Of a stretch of DNA of 64,000 nt, positions 1 through 12,637 are shown in pieces. The stretch comes from Cycas panzhihuaensis (taxonomy: Eukaryota; Plantae; Cycadophyta): assembly GCA_023213395.1 (NCBI GenBank), contig CM041465.1, positions 150,543,741-150,607,740 of the forward strand. Reading direction: 5' to 3'. A program made the translations under genes and the position numbers. The notes beneath the pieces were generated by a model, which saw only the letters and a program-made list of their open reading frames with translations, was not told the DNA's origin and did not search any database. The number at the start of each line of letters is the position of its first letter. Position 1 is the first letter of the stretch.

Positions 1-22
1 TGAAGTTGTCAATAAAGGAGGG

Positions 23-387
23 TGTTAAATTATAATGTATAAATATATCTATGTATTATTAGTTATTCTATATTATAATTAAATTATAATGTATAATATT
101 ATCAAGTCTACCCCTTGTTGAATAACGAGCCAATTGTATTACCTTATTATGCTGACCAATTATGTTAATATTCGAGCCACTTTGTGGCCTATAAATTATG
201 CCTGAATTCACTTGTTTGTATATAAGATATTTTAGAATGACGAAGCTCTAGCAAATTGAAGACTAATGGTGCCAACTAATTTGGTTGTCTTATTCTTTGT
301 AAATAATTTATATTGAACTGTTATTTATTTTTTAATGCTTTCATTTTTGTATGCACGAGTATTTTAGATCTTGCATTGATTTTTTCA
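23..387 (+). mobile_element. Cop1: 3' LTR of a Ty1/Copia element that extends left of the window
   Basis: A purine tract AATAAAGGAGGG (11-22) is followed by TGTTAAAT...TTTTCA. It shares GAGCCAATTGTATT and GCCTATAAAT blocks with the Cop4 LTRs. Confidence 0.75.
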
Positions 388-939
388 CTATGATCCATAA
401 ACCTTGGTCCCCTTTTAAGGATAATATCCTTATGTTAAGCGCTTTTAAAAATAATGATAAAAAGAAAAGCCCACTCTATAGGCATTAGATACCTTAGAGA
501 TATGAAAGACCCAATTGACATGAATCTAGGAATTCAACCTCTTTGAAGAAGGCCTAGATTAAAGAATTAATAAATCATTCTTCCCATTTATAAAGATTTA
601 AAATCCTTAGAAATATAAGTTGGTTCAACCATAATGTGAGGATTACCCAACTTAGGCTTAATGTAGGTACCCTGAGTGATGGGACACTCCTTCTCTCTTA
701 AATCTTACTTAAAGGACTCACTCTCCCTTTGGGAAGGTGAACTCAAGATAACCATCCAAAACAAAATCCTAACACTAAATAAACTCTAACTTGGTTATTC
801 TTTTGCTTCATCCTTCTTTACCCCTTTGATCTTATACCTTGGTAGGTGGAAAACTAATAGAATTAATCTTAAACTTAGCCATGACTAGGATTAAAAATAG
901 TGATGAGACTAGGATTAAATCCCCTTAAAACCTTTTTTA

Positions 940-1540
940 AACAAATTAGCGTCACATGTATATAACCACTTCATAACTAATGATATGATAACTAATAAAC
1001 TTAATGCAATATGGATGTTTAAATATTATGAGTTGGCATGAATACAATAGTTTTAAAGGCTCTAGTATATGCCCATAGAACCCAAAAAGTTTTTCTATAT
1101 ATAGTTGTAATTACACAAAGCGGTAGAAATGAAATGCTAGGTATTCAATCTAGATTTGGTAATATGGCATGTGTCTTTTATATCCATAGAGAGACTTCAT
1201 TCCATTCATTTTGGTGGCACCTATTTACCAACTCAACTTGGTGCTTAATTAATAAATGTTTTGTGCTTGCTTTTATTGATAAGTTTGGTTGGAATGCTAC
1301 CTTAGTGACATAAAATTCATCCCATTTTCTCTATATTTCACCTAAAATATATTAAGGATTAAAGTTCTCTATACCATCTAAAAATTTAAAAATATTTTCT
1401 TTTTAACACAAAACACCTAAATGCACCTTTTGATTCAAGATCATCCACATTCCTAGTATAAGAAATTCACCTTTATTAAAATTTGTATATCTTCCTTATT
1501 ATTAATCTATTTTCTATAATTTATTAAACATTAAATCTAA
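940..1540 (-). pseudogene. Cop2: highly decayed Copia pol fragment (protease end, GAG-pre-integrase, integrase start)
   Basis: Minus-strand remnants resemble the NLLS(L)GMLDD, LWHxRxxH, LPLC and SGYIHV motifs. The region has many stops and frameshifts. Confidence 0.4.
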
Positions 1541-1879
1541 CATAAATGGAGACCTAATTTTATAAGATTCACTAATAATTAAACATGAAAATTACATTCA
1601 TATTAATGATATAATCTCAAAGTGAAATAATCTCTTATCAAATTTAATAATACAATGTATATGCATAAATATAAGTATTAAAAGGGATCTAATCCCTAAC
1701 TAAATGACACATATGATGTGAGAGTTGTATCCCCCAATGAATCATCACTTACATAATAATTAAATAATCTTAATCTTAATGTATAATATAATACACAACC
1801 TTAAGAGGAGGATCATAGCCTAAGTTATGAGCCATAAATAAACATTAATATCAACACTCCATATTAATATTTATTTCAT

Positions 1880-2311
1880 TTTTTCTAACATCTAAATTGC
1901 CCTAGAAATTTAGAAATCTTTCACATGCCTTTGGTTTAGTAAAGATGTTAGCCAATTATTCTTTTGTTGGACTATACATGATCTATATCACACATTTTTG
2001 AATTAATACTCAAATAAAGGGATGGTGCACCTTAATGTATTTGGTGTCGATATGACACATACTATTTTTTACAATCTTCAAGGTGCTTTATTTGTGATAG
2101 TACAAGATAGTTAGTACTGCTTGTGGTAGTGCCATGTCCTTTAGAATCTTTCATAACTAAATGGCTTTAGTAGTTATTCTAATAGCAGCCTTATATTCTA
2201 CTTCACTCAAGGATAAAACAACAATTTACTACCTTTTATTATTCCATGTGACGATAAATGATCCTAAACTAAGATAATATCCAAAACTTGACCTACTTCT
2301 ATTTACATATA
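1880..2311 (-). pseudogene. Cop3 RNase H
   Basis: Minus-strand LSLSEVEYKAA, TKYIKVHHPFI and QLANIFTK motifs, typical of Copia RH. Confidence 0.85.
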
Positions 2312-2316
2312 TAACC

Positions 2317-4923
2317 TAAAAGTGCGCCTTTGGGGTCATAAAGAACTACTATACACTGGCTATGGGTAGACTTAAAGCATGGGAGCTCAAGTGGTGTATT
2401 GTGATTTTAGCTCACCCTTGAAGAGCATCTATACACCTCATGAGCACTAGTTTAAGGGGCCCACAATATGTGTGTTCCTTTTTTACCTATAGGGTCTAGG
2501 TAGGTAGGTTGGTGATGCATTTAGATAACAAAGAGCTAGGTTTCCTAAGATTATTAAGTGGCATAGGAAGGTTTCTCCTATCCTTAAGAAGGGATGGTTT
2601 TTTTTCTTGCAATAAGGGAAGTGGTGATAAATAGGAAACTGAGGGGAGAAGGAGGGGTTTGGTATGGTTCTTTATTGCTTAAAGTATTCCCTTTGATTAT
2701 GTAAGAAGGCGATGCTCTCTATTTGGATGTTGTACTTTATTTCAAATGCAATGTTTTGGTGTGTCAAAGGTTGTAGTTATGTTGTTACAAGATAAAGCAA
2801 TCAATAACTATAACTAAAAATGCATGATAAATGTAAATCCTCACTCTCAATTCACTCTCTTTATCTTTTGGCACAAAGAACCTTAAAGTTATATACCTAA
2901 AATAAAAGAGTCAATAATGCATTTAAGAGAGGTGTGAAGGAGGAAGGAAGATAAATATTCCTATGTTTATGCAATGTTTATTTTCTTTGATATGTTTTTC
3001 TTTGTTCATGCAAGGAGAAATGTACTCTCTAGGTTAGATTTTTAATTTAATTTTATATGTATATGCAAATGATAAAATAAATTTTTCCTAATATTCCTTT
3101 TCTTTTATGGTGAGAGGGGGAGAAAGAGGTGAGAAGGATCTATTCCTTTCCTTGGTGTGTTTCTCTTTCTTGTGGGTGCAAAAAAAATATGTTTCACAAA
3201 AGTAAATCCTTAACTTTTATCTTGTATATATATGCAAGTGTAAATAATCAAAAGAGAAAACTTGAAAGAAGGTGGTAGCGAGTTTGCTTTGGTTGGGAAC
3301 TTGAGGAACAAGTATTATTAATCAAAAGGAAATAATTATGAGGAAGAGAGGGTTTGGAAGGAGCATACCCAGTTCACAACATCTGATGATGACCTTGACC
3401 TTGCTCTTCCTTATTCCTCTTTTACTAATGTTGAAGGTTCCTTCTTCCACATGAGTTATTGGAGACAATGGGGTCTACTTACCTCCCTAGATCTAACTAG
3501 AAAAATATACAAACAAAGAAAAGAGTAGAGTGAAATGTATATGAGGAAGTAAAATGCTAAACCATAAATTGGTGCTTACCTAAAGATAAGGCTTCATGTT
3601 CTCTTACCAACTATAGAGAGATGTGTCTTCCACCTACATACACAAAGCACTTCCCAAAGGAAATATTGCAACATGTGCATATATGTGTATGTTTCATAAG
3701 ATCCTTTTACCACTAATCAATCAAAGGAAATAAATCAAATATTAATGTTTCCTTTCCAAAGAAATCCAAGCATGCAAAGGGTGTAAGAGATGAGGAGAAG
3801 GGAGTGAAGAGTAGTGCCTCCTCCCTCAATACTTTGAGTATGGTTATGAAAGATTTACAACTCATGTAATTTTTTTTTATCAAAATTTTGAAGAGTTGAT
3901 GGTAGAAAAGCTATAAATTTTGATATTTAAACTAAGAATCAAATAGAAGAGAGTGAAAGTAACTAAAATCATAGCTAAATACCATGGATTCTTATGGAGA
4001 AATAAATATGTACATGTTGCCCCCTTCATGCAAGAGAAACTCATTGTTTATGAAAAAATGGGTGAGGAATAATCCCTTGAGAGAATGCTTTTTGAGAAGA
4101 TTATTGAGTCCTGAAGAGAAAGATAGAGTGCTTGGTCCTTGTAGAAGACAATTTTGAGTGTCTTAGTGTTGGAATCAAACTTCTATTATGTGTTCTTTCT
4201 CAAAACTATGTTGTTCTCTATTTTGTCAAGAAAATGGGCTTGAATAATGAAGAGAATGATGCCTAATTCAAAATGAAAATAGAGTTCTAGGTTTGCCCTA
4301 AGGCATTAGGCATGCCAAGTTGTGTAATTAATGTGGATTTTGAACATTATTAACTGCAATTGGTAAAGTGACAGTCACACCATAAATTTCTTTGTGGTAC
4401 TACAAAAATCTTCACAAGGCACATTAATTAGAGTGGTGGAGGCAATAATCATCATAATGCAGATAACAAACTCTATAGTGTAGAAGAAAGGTATAAAAAT
4501 TAATTGACAGTTAACCAAAGGATGATTAAAGGGGTACTAAATCTTATATCAAACTTCTATAGACTAACTTTGAAGCTCTAAGGTGGTTGGTCACATATTA
4601 AAATATGAGAAAATAAAGTTCATAAGCAATAATAAGTTAAAAGTAAACAAAAACAAAGTTATAGTAACATTGAGAAGTCACCTCATCGATTAGGAGACCA
4701 CATCAAGGGCTTTAAATACCATTAGGCCAAAGTCTTGGTCATCATAGTCGTAAGAATAGACATAAGAAAGCCAGGCAACTCAAGATGTTATGCATCTAAT
4801 GATCATACAAGCATCATACCAAGCATCAAACATAAAGAATGTGATAGGATATGAGATGTAGAAACATACATGCACTTACCTATATTGCAAAATTCCTTAT
4901 CCATTCCTAGTAGTTAGGAAACA
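2317..4923 (-). repeat. Tat1 3' LTR (~2.6 kb)
   Basis: Aligns along its length with 12638-15611. Ends ...GGAAACA next to the PPT TTGCCCCCTT (4924-4933; minus strand AAGGGGGCAA). Confidence 0.9.
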
Positions 4924-5413
4924 TTGCCCCCTTGGCAAAAGAAACTTGCCACTCTAGAGCTAAAATGATGGTGAATGATACTAACACAAGTGTTATTAGT
5001 ACAAACAATAACCAAGAGCTAAATGTATATATAACCAAGGGGTAATGAGTGTCACAATAAATGCATGGATAGTAGGCACATGCTAAGCGGGGAGAAAAGG
5101 TTCAAGACCAAAGTAATCCCACGGCGTGTGACCATGAACCTAAAGCATATGTGGGTCAAATAAGAGAGTGGTGACTAAGGGGGATTCCCTTAGTGGCATA
5201 CCAAATGGGTAGCATGACCCTAAAATAGGGTTCAAAATTTTAGAGAAACCCTTGGGGGGATGAGGGGATGCCCCATCACACCAAGCAAAGATATGAGTCA
5301 GGTAGGTAAATATTTTGGTTGCCATAATTAACCTCATTACTGGCCATTATTCAGAGGTGATGAGAAAGAAAAAGGATAGGGTTACCACTAAGGTCTTTAT
5401 AATGGGAAACCTA

Positions 5414-5842
5414 TTAAGTTGACAAAGAGTCACCTTGAAGTTGAAGGTGATGATCAAGAATAAAGTTAACTAAACTATTGGTCTTAGCATTTTGATTATG
5501 AGGAATATATCAAATATCAACTGAGGAAAAATGGGATAATAAGGATCTAGCTATCATAGACAAAGATCTTAATCTAGGATAAAGGACCCAATAAATTTGG
5601 GTCAATTAGGACATCATGATTTGAGAATCACAGTGTAGGATGATGGGGCTATGATGGAATCAAAATGTGTTAGTTAAGGCTTCAATGATGGCCATGTACT
5701 CTACTTCATTATTCATAGCCTTAGGAAGATACATCTCAAAATGCATAAAATCATGCCTGTAGAGATCACAGATGATCCAGGCTACAATAGAAGTTCCTAG
5801 GTTTCCATGACTACTACCATCAATATAGATGAGTAGTTCCAT
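5414..5842 (-). pseudogene. Tat1 stand-alone cellular/archaeal-type RNase H (aRH)
   Basis: MELLIYIDGSSHGNLG...MNNEVEYMAIIEAL...HCDSQ...HIPHNQNAK, matching the RNase HI catalytic motifs. Confidence 0.85.
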
Positions 5843-7059
5843 TAGGAGAAGAGCAGGTGGAGTCTCAAAAGAGGTAGATAAAAACTTCTCTATAAAGGAA
5901 GGATGGTAGGAAAATAAGTCTAGGCAAGGGACAATAAGTCCTAGAATCATGACCAACATAAATGGCCACTCAACAAGAGGATAGAAGAGCCATATGGCTA
6001 GGCAACTAGGTTTACAAAGGGCCTACCCTATGGAAGGGAAGAGGTGATGGTGAAACAAACTTATCGATTAAGCCCAAGGTTGGTAAGGGATCCACAGGGG
6101 ACTTAATTGGGGGGTGAGATTCTATCAAGTGTAAAACAAGCTAGAATAACTTTAAAAAATAGAATCAATACATCGAAATGAGTCCAAAGAGTATAAACAT
6201 CAAAGGAATTTTAAGCGGGCAAGCTACAAGGGAAAAAGGCTTCCCTTAAAAGGCTAAGAATTATCATTATTACTCATAAAGGTGGAAAAAACGATACCTA
6301 AGAGCCGAAGAGGGCTTAGGCTCTTAAGGAATTAGGAACAAGCTTAAGGAGACAATCCTAACGACTTGATCAAAAGAGGAAGGACATCGAGCCTCGAGGA
6401 GCTTGTTGAATAAAAAAGGGACAAGTGAAGGAAATTAAATTTATTTTTATCTTCACCTATGAGATTTGGATAGAGACTCTCTCTACTACCTTAGTTTCTT
6501 AATTATAGATGAGCTTACTAGAAGAGATAAAACCATTAAATTACTGTGCAGGAGGTGTCATCTAGATCAAGGAGGAGCGATGATAATAGTGAGACTAGAC
6601 CTGGTAGGTGGATCTCAACATTGAACTTTTTATTTGTATCTTTATACTTTATACTTTTTGGTAGTTGGGATGTACCCATTTAGGAGGGAAAGGGCTTAAT
6701 AGCACCCACTTTTAGGCCTGTGAAAGGCTAGACCAAGGTTATGGGGGGCCTTAGTCTTAATGGGCCTAATTTTGGTTAAAAATTTTATCTTTTGATGTTT
6801 ATTTTTTCAATTTTAAGAATTTATTTGTAGGCATCATAGAGTTTTCTATGGTACCACGGATATTATTGTGGTATGACAAAAATTATTGTGGGGCCTACAG
6901 TTTTCTTTATGGTACTATGAAAAAATTTATTATATAGGATAGAAAATAAAAAACTTAGAAAACTTTTAGTTTTGGCTTTAATTATATCTATTTTTAGGTT
7001 TACTAAGAGTGCCTTCTCTTCTATTAGATCATAAATTACTGATTGATTTTTAGGCTATC

Positions 7060-8080
7060 ATGGTAGTGGATAACTATGAGAACATCAGGTCACTGATGTT
7101 GGCCCTTGTAAAGTTTATGGAGGGTGGGGACTGGGAGATTCTAAGATGTTGTGACTTACTAAGGATTGTTGGCTCATATTAGCATGCCTTCGACTAGGCC
7201 TTATTGATATATATCATGTCATATTAGGATCGTTGGCAACACGTATTCCATCTCCCACAGGTGGGAGATCTAACCATCACTTTATCAGATGTATGGAGGA
7301 TCTTGGGAGTCCTAGCTAGCAGGGCACTAACCATGTTAGGAGCATTATCCAGCACTAATGTGGCTTACTAAGAAGTAACCCATCTCTTTTATGGTAGGGG
7401 CCACTAGGATAGGAGGGGAGCATCCATTAGGATAATCATGGTATAATACATTCCTCATGTGAGGAAAATGATCATATTTTCCATTATACTCTAGATTTCT
7501 TGAAAATAAAACTATAGAAACATCCCTAAAGGATGGATGGAGATTATCAAGAGGTGTAACAAGGGGCAAAGATTTAATTGGGTTGCTTTAATAGTGGCCA
7601 ACCTTACTACCCAACTTGACCAGATTTGTGCTATAGGATGGGGTGGATTCTCTTCTTGCTCACTAATATTGTACTAGTTCTTTAATCATTTTTAAGAAGT
7701 AGGACCAGTATTAGGGTCTCAACTCGCATTGACTAGTAGTCCTCTCATTCATCGACAACCATCATGGTTCTAGAGCATAAGAGAGCCCAAGTAGGTGAGG
7801 AGGTTGGTAGCAGCTATATCACTAGGCTTACTCATGCTAAATAACTATGTGAGTCGACCATACTGTACTATCCACTGGGATAATGATGTAAAGGAGGAGG
7901 AGTTTGTAGGGGTCCTAATAGTAGAGTCAAGAGATGATGCTAGTGAGGGAGTGGTAATTGTCAACCCTAAGGTAAACAAGCTATTAACTACTATTGGAGA
8001 GGAGGCCATATTAGCTACAAGAGTGGAGATCTTAGGAGGCAATGAGGAGGTAGCACTAGGGGCACTGGTAGCTTCAAGAG
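7060..8080 (+). pseudogene. Antisense plant mobile domain (PMD, aminotransferase-like/MAIN-like) exon inside Tat1
   Basis: From ATG 7060, in frame: ...ALLIYIMSY*DRWQHVFHLPQVGDLTITLSDVWRILGV, and later QRFNWVALIVANLTTQL. This matches the PMD motifs W..ETHTFHLP.GE.TITL.DV..ILGLP and YSWG.A.LA.LY..L. The early stops are TAG, explicable as CAG/TGG decay. Confidence 0.8.
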
Positions 8081-8232
8081 GTAATCTCCTTTCCTTTTCT
8101 TAGCTACAACTTCCATTCATATCTATTTGATTGAGTGATTTATGATACTGTTATTATTCATTATTATAGATTCTTTTTTTTAATATATATACATACACGT
8201 TGCACTAATATATGGATTTACATGGCTGATAG

Positions 8233-8800
8233 GTAGAGGTATTACAGGGGAGTTGATCAACAAAACCATAGCTAAGTTGTTCCCTCGAGTGTATATGGAG
8301 GGCTATCCTACTATAACAGATAATAGGGAGCCAGGATTAGTATGGCCATATATTACCATATTTTGCCCCATCATTTAGGTCTGAGATATATGGGCTTCAA
8401 AAGCCCAAGAGAGGCATTCAAAGGAGGCCTACTTATAGGTAGAGAGGGACCAACTATAGGCTTGGGTGAGGGATATGGAGACCCAGCCATGACAGAAAGT
8501 GGACCAGGGAGCTTTAGGAGCTAAGATGAGGATTATTTTCCTAGAGAAATAGTTGAAGGGAGTCTAGGAGGAGTGGAATGACCTCTAGGCATGATATGAC
8601 AAGCTTATAGACAAGATGATAGTTAGGTCCTCCTACACACATATAGTGACGCCTTCCCACCGGTGACTATGAGATGAGAGCCACGTTTGTGGTGAGGGGA
8701 GTAAGGCTAGGACCTCACAACAACCTAGGAGGAGCCTTGAGATGACCTAAGAGGAACCTTAGAGAAGCATGGTCCCAAGACCTTAGAGTAGGGCAGTTAA
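8233..8800 (+). pseudogene. Tat1 antisense gene, terminal coiled-coil exon
   Basis: Homologous to 59320-59900 and to 38410-38960 (minus strand); shares an E/R/Q-rich ...YD(K/Q)LID segment. Confidence 0.6.
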
Positions 8801-9179
8801 AGGGCAATGCCCTATGATTACATTTAGATTGGCACATGGGACTTTATATGTGATTTATTTTTAATTAGAGGAAAGGTTATACCTCTAGGGGGTTTCATGC
8901 TATACATGTAGATAATTATACACCCCTTATAAGGATTCTAACTTCTTAGAGTGTATTATATCATTATACCATTTTGCTATATTTGATGATTATATATATA
9001 GAGATAAGGGCCACATTGGTCCTCCCTTTTGATATGGGTTATTCATTTGTTTGATTGTTATGGATATATGGGCACACAAATATATGATATGGATGATTAT
9101 AGATTTTTAATTATATTTTTCACTTTTATTTAGGGCTTAGGGCACATACTAAGAACATATGAGGTAGGGGTTCATCTTA

Positions 9180-12100
9180 GTGAAAACTAGTTCCCTGAAA
9201 AAGATTCCCCAAAAGGGGGAGAGGTTCATTGGGCTCACTATCTTTGGCATCAAAGATAGCTTAGCAAGTAGGAGGAGATGTATAGGAGGATGGACACTCA
9301 TGGTGATAACTTTAACTTATCTTTCATGGACAAACTTAACTTGCCCCTAGCATGAGGAACAAATAACTCCCATTTGATGGAGCCATGGTTGACCCAATGG
9401 GAACTTGTACTTGACATTGATATTAAGCACAACAATGTCTATAAGGATAGTTTTTCCTTCTAGTATAAGGGAGAGGGTAACCATCCCTAAATGGGATTTC
9501 TCACTCCTATTATATCCTTGGAATTTCTAAGGAATGAGCTCGAGAGCTTCTATGCCCAACTTCTCTATCATCTATATAGGCATTGTATTAACTAAGGAAT
9601 TATTATCTATGACACTCCTCTTTATAGTAAAATTAGTAGTATCAATGGTAATGATGAATGGGTAGTACCAAAAGTTTTCTTATTCACTATGAGATGAGAA
9701 ATCTCATGGGTCAAATGAGATGATAGATGGTCTATGGGAGGTGTGCCCATAGTATAGATAGGAGCATCTTGCTAACCATGAGCTTCTCAGGGTAACTCTA
9801 TAGGAAATCTATCATCGAAATGCTTGTGGACACATAGTGTAACTCTTGAAGGATGGAGAAGGCCTTCCCTTTCCCTATGGGTTAGGGAAGAGGCTGCTTA
9901 AAATCATAGCACCAAGGCACACAAGAATGGTCTTTGGAACTATATGATCTTCATTATAAGAGGATCAGTAAGGTGTTGTTATAAGGAAGAGGAGGCTTGC
10001 TTAGCCTCCTTGGAGGCTTAAGACCATGTGATTGGGTGCATGAGAGTGGTCTCAAGCATCTAAATCACTCTCTTCCCCTTATTGTTAGGTTGAGAGGGTG
10101 AGGAGTGACAGGACTTAGGTCTTGACAAAGGAGATAGATCCCTTGGTTTTTTTCCTTTCACTTGATCAGAAGAAGGATTAAGAGATTGCCTATTATTCCT
10201 CGTCCTCCTATTCTAGGTAGGTTGATCCTATTCCTCATGGTTTCAAAAAAGCTCCCTATGAACAGGATGCTCTAGGTTAGGCCTAGAGGCCCTCTTCGAA
10301 GAGACATCACAATGTGGTGAAAGCTCAGAATGTTGCAACCAACATTATGAATCCTCATACAAGCACTCCCTGTGTATATATCATTATTTCTTCTTAGAAG
10401 GAAGTTTTGCATTCCTCCCCTTATAAGATTAGGTAGTTCCACCCCTTATAAGATTGGGTACTTCCACCCTTATAAGGCAAGGTCTGCAATGCTTAGTACA
10501 TAGGGCAATGTGACTCTAAAGAAGCTTAAGAAGGTTGAAGTTTCAATTCTCTATCATATATTTGAAAGAATGCATAACTAAAATGAGGGGATCCATGGTC
10601 CTATCAGTTGTACCAATAGGAGGCATTAGAGATTATTATTGGCTCTTTTGGTCATGCAGGGGAGGAGCTACCTCGTGATGTTATGATTGTTTAAGAGGTT
10701 TCTTAAGACCTACTTAGATCTCAATGGCCTCGAATGTCTAGCATTTAGCTATGGTAGAATCACATGTTATAAACCTCATTTTAAGGACTTCCATGTGTAC
10801 CTCAGGGTAGAGAGCATTGATAAATATCTCTCTTCTCAAGTTATGATTAAGTTCATCATGGCCTCGTTTCAATGATAGGAGTGATTTGACCCCACTTTTA
10901 AAGGGTCAGGCTATATTAAAGTAGTTGACAAACTCATCAACTAACTGCTGGAAAGTAGAAATAGAGTGGGCAAGAAGACAATAGAACCATTTCAATACAT
11001 TTCCTTGTAGGGATCTTGGAAATAGTTTTATTAGGATGTGATCATAGGCCCAATAATTTACACATGCCATGGAGAAGCCACTGACATACTTAATTGGGTC
11101 CTATGAAGAAGTGTCATCAAACTTGGGCACTTTAGGAGGCTAAGGCGACAGGTTGGTCTTGAGAGCCTCGATGGACAAGGGAGTTAATCAATAATCAACA
11201 AAATGATAAATCCCTAGTTGAGTTAACAAATCAACTTGGAAAGTAGAAGGAGATGGGTATGGGTACCCACTCCCGTTGTGTGGAGGGTAAGAAGGATGAC
11301 CATAAGAAGTATACAAGTTCCCACCTAATTGATAGGAAGTGGCTACCTCCATATGAGGATATGCCACATAAGGAGATGGGTGAGAGTGTCTCACCCCACT
11401 ATGATGGTGCATCACATGTATAGTGAAAGTATGTGTATATGCCCCTAGAGGGGAAGTTGCATAGGGGTGTCAAATATGAGGGGGAACAAATCCCTCTTAT
11501 AAAGGAGCTACATATGAAGTGGTACATGTAGTAGGTGGTACCAGATAAGGGATAGAGTTTTTCCTGTATGGTCTACCTATGGGGGATGCAACCCATAGGG
11601 ATGAAGTAGATCCACCCTAGAAGTTGGAAGAGGGTTTGGTATTTGGTCTCCCTGTACCCCCAAGGCTAGAATGTATACCCTAGGGGTGCATAAAGCAAGG
11701 GGTCCACAAGTTATGAATGAGGGTGCATGGGGATGGATCCCCTATGGCCTAGGGCATGGGAATATGAAGGTGCATGAGGTGGAATCAAAAGGGAATGGGT
11801 TACAATTGATTTTGGCATAATTGTTTGGGTAAGAGGTATGCTTAACCCTATTTGGGAGATTAATATATCATAGGGTATCCCTTGAATCAAGGGAGCACTC
11901 GAAGGTGGGGGGACTATAAGAATAGGTCTTGATATCAAAGAGGATATGGATTGAGATGATATGGGAGGAATGAAGATGGAAGAAGACATGGTTATGGTTT
12001 GAAGGAAGTGCTCTAACCACTTAGAAGGTGGTTGGGTACTCACAACTTCAAAACATTACTTGAATGCCTCTACCACATTTCTAGGAGGAGTTCCAGCTTG

Positions 12101-12300
12101 CTCATATAAGGTAGAGGGTTCCTTATATTGAGTGAACCTTAAAGGAAGCTCTTCATGGGCCCTATCACCAAAATGAGAGTGGTCCATAGGGAAAGGTCCC
12201 CCTATGTCATGTGTAGGATAAGGGTGCAATACAGATAGGCTTATGTTTTCTCATTTAGATAATAGATGGGGTCCTCACCTTCTTGGATGGGATCTTAGTA
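9180..12300 (-). pseudogene. Tat1 gag-protease
   Basis: Pro-rich N-terminus, LSIEALKTNL..PKVPKFD gag core and protease KRSVIDNNS...FLMLGAS. Homologous to Tat3, Tat4 and Tat5; it stops just after the protease. Confidence 0.8.
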
Positions 12301-12617
12301 AGGATAGGATGTTCAAGGATGATGCAAATTGGAAACATATAAGCGATATGCCCAATATGATAGATAACCCTCTACTAGTGATCCAGGTTTAGATGTAGTA
12401 ATGTAGTAGTAGAAGGGTTCTTCTTCTGTAAGAAGGAGACTATATAGGTGATGAGAGAAAATGTCACATTCACTTCTCACCCTAAGAACCACAGAAGGAA
12501 GAAGGTTAGTTTTATATGAAGGCATTAAGATTATCAAACACACTACTAATATCATATGAGATAGATAGGAGTTTGTACCAATAAATTAAAGGGATCCTAA
12601 GATTTCCTCACAGGAAG

Positions 12618-12636
12618 GTCCCCAATATGGTCACCA
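12618..12636 (-). other. Tat1 primer-binding site TGGTGACCATATTGGGGAC (Ogre/Tat-type, probably tRNA-Arg)
   Basis: Starts with TGG 1 nt from the 5' LTR. The same motif occurs at 30374 and, degenerate, at 28132. The tRNA identity is inferred from resemblance to the Ogre PBS. Confidence 0.7.
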
Positions 12637-12637
12637 G

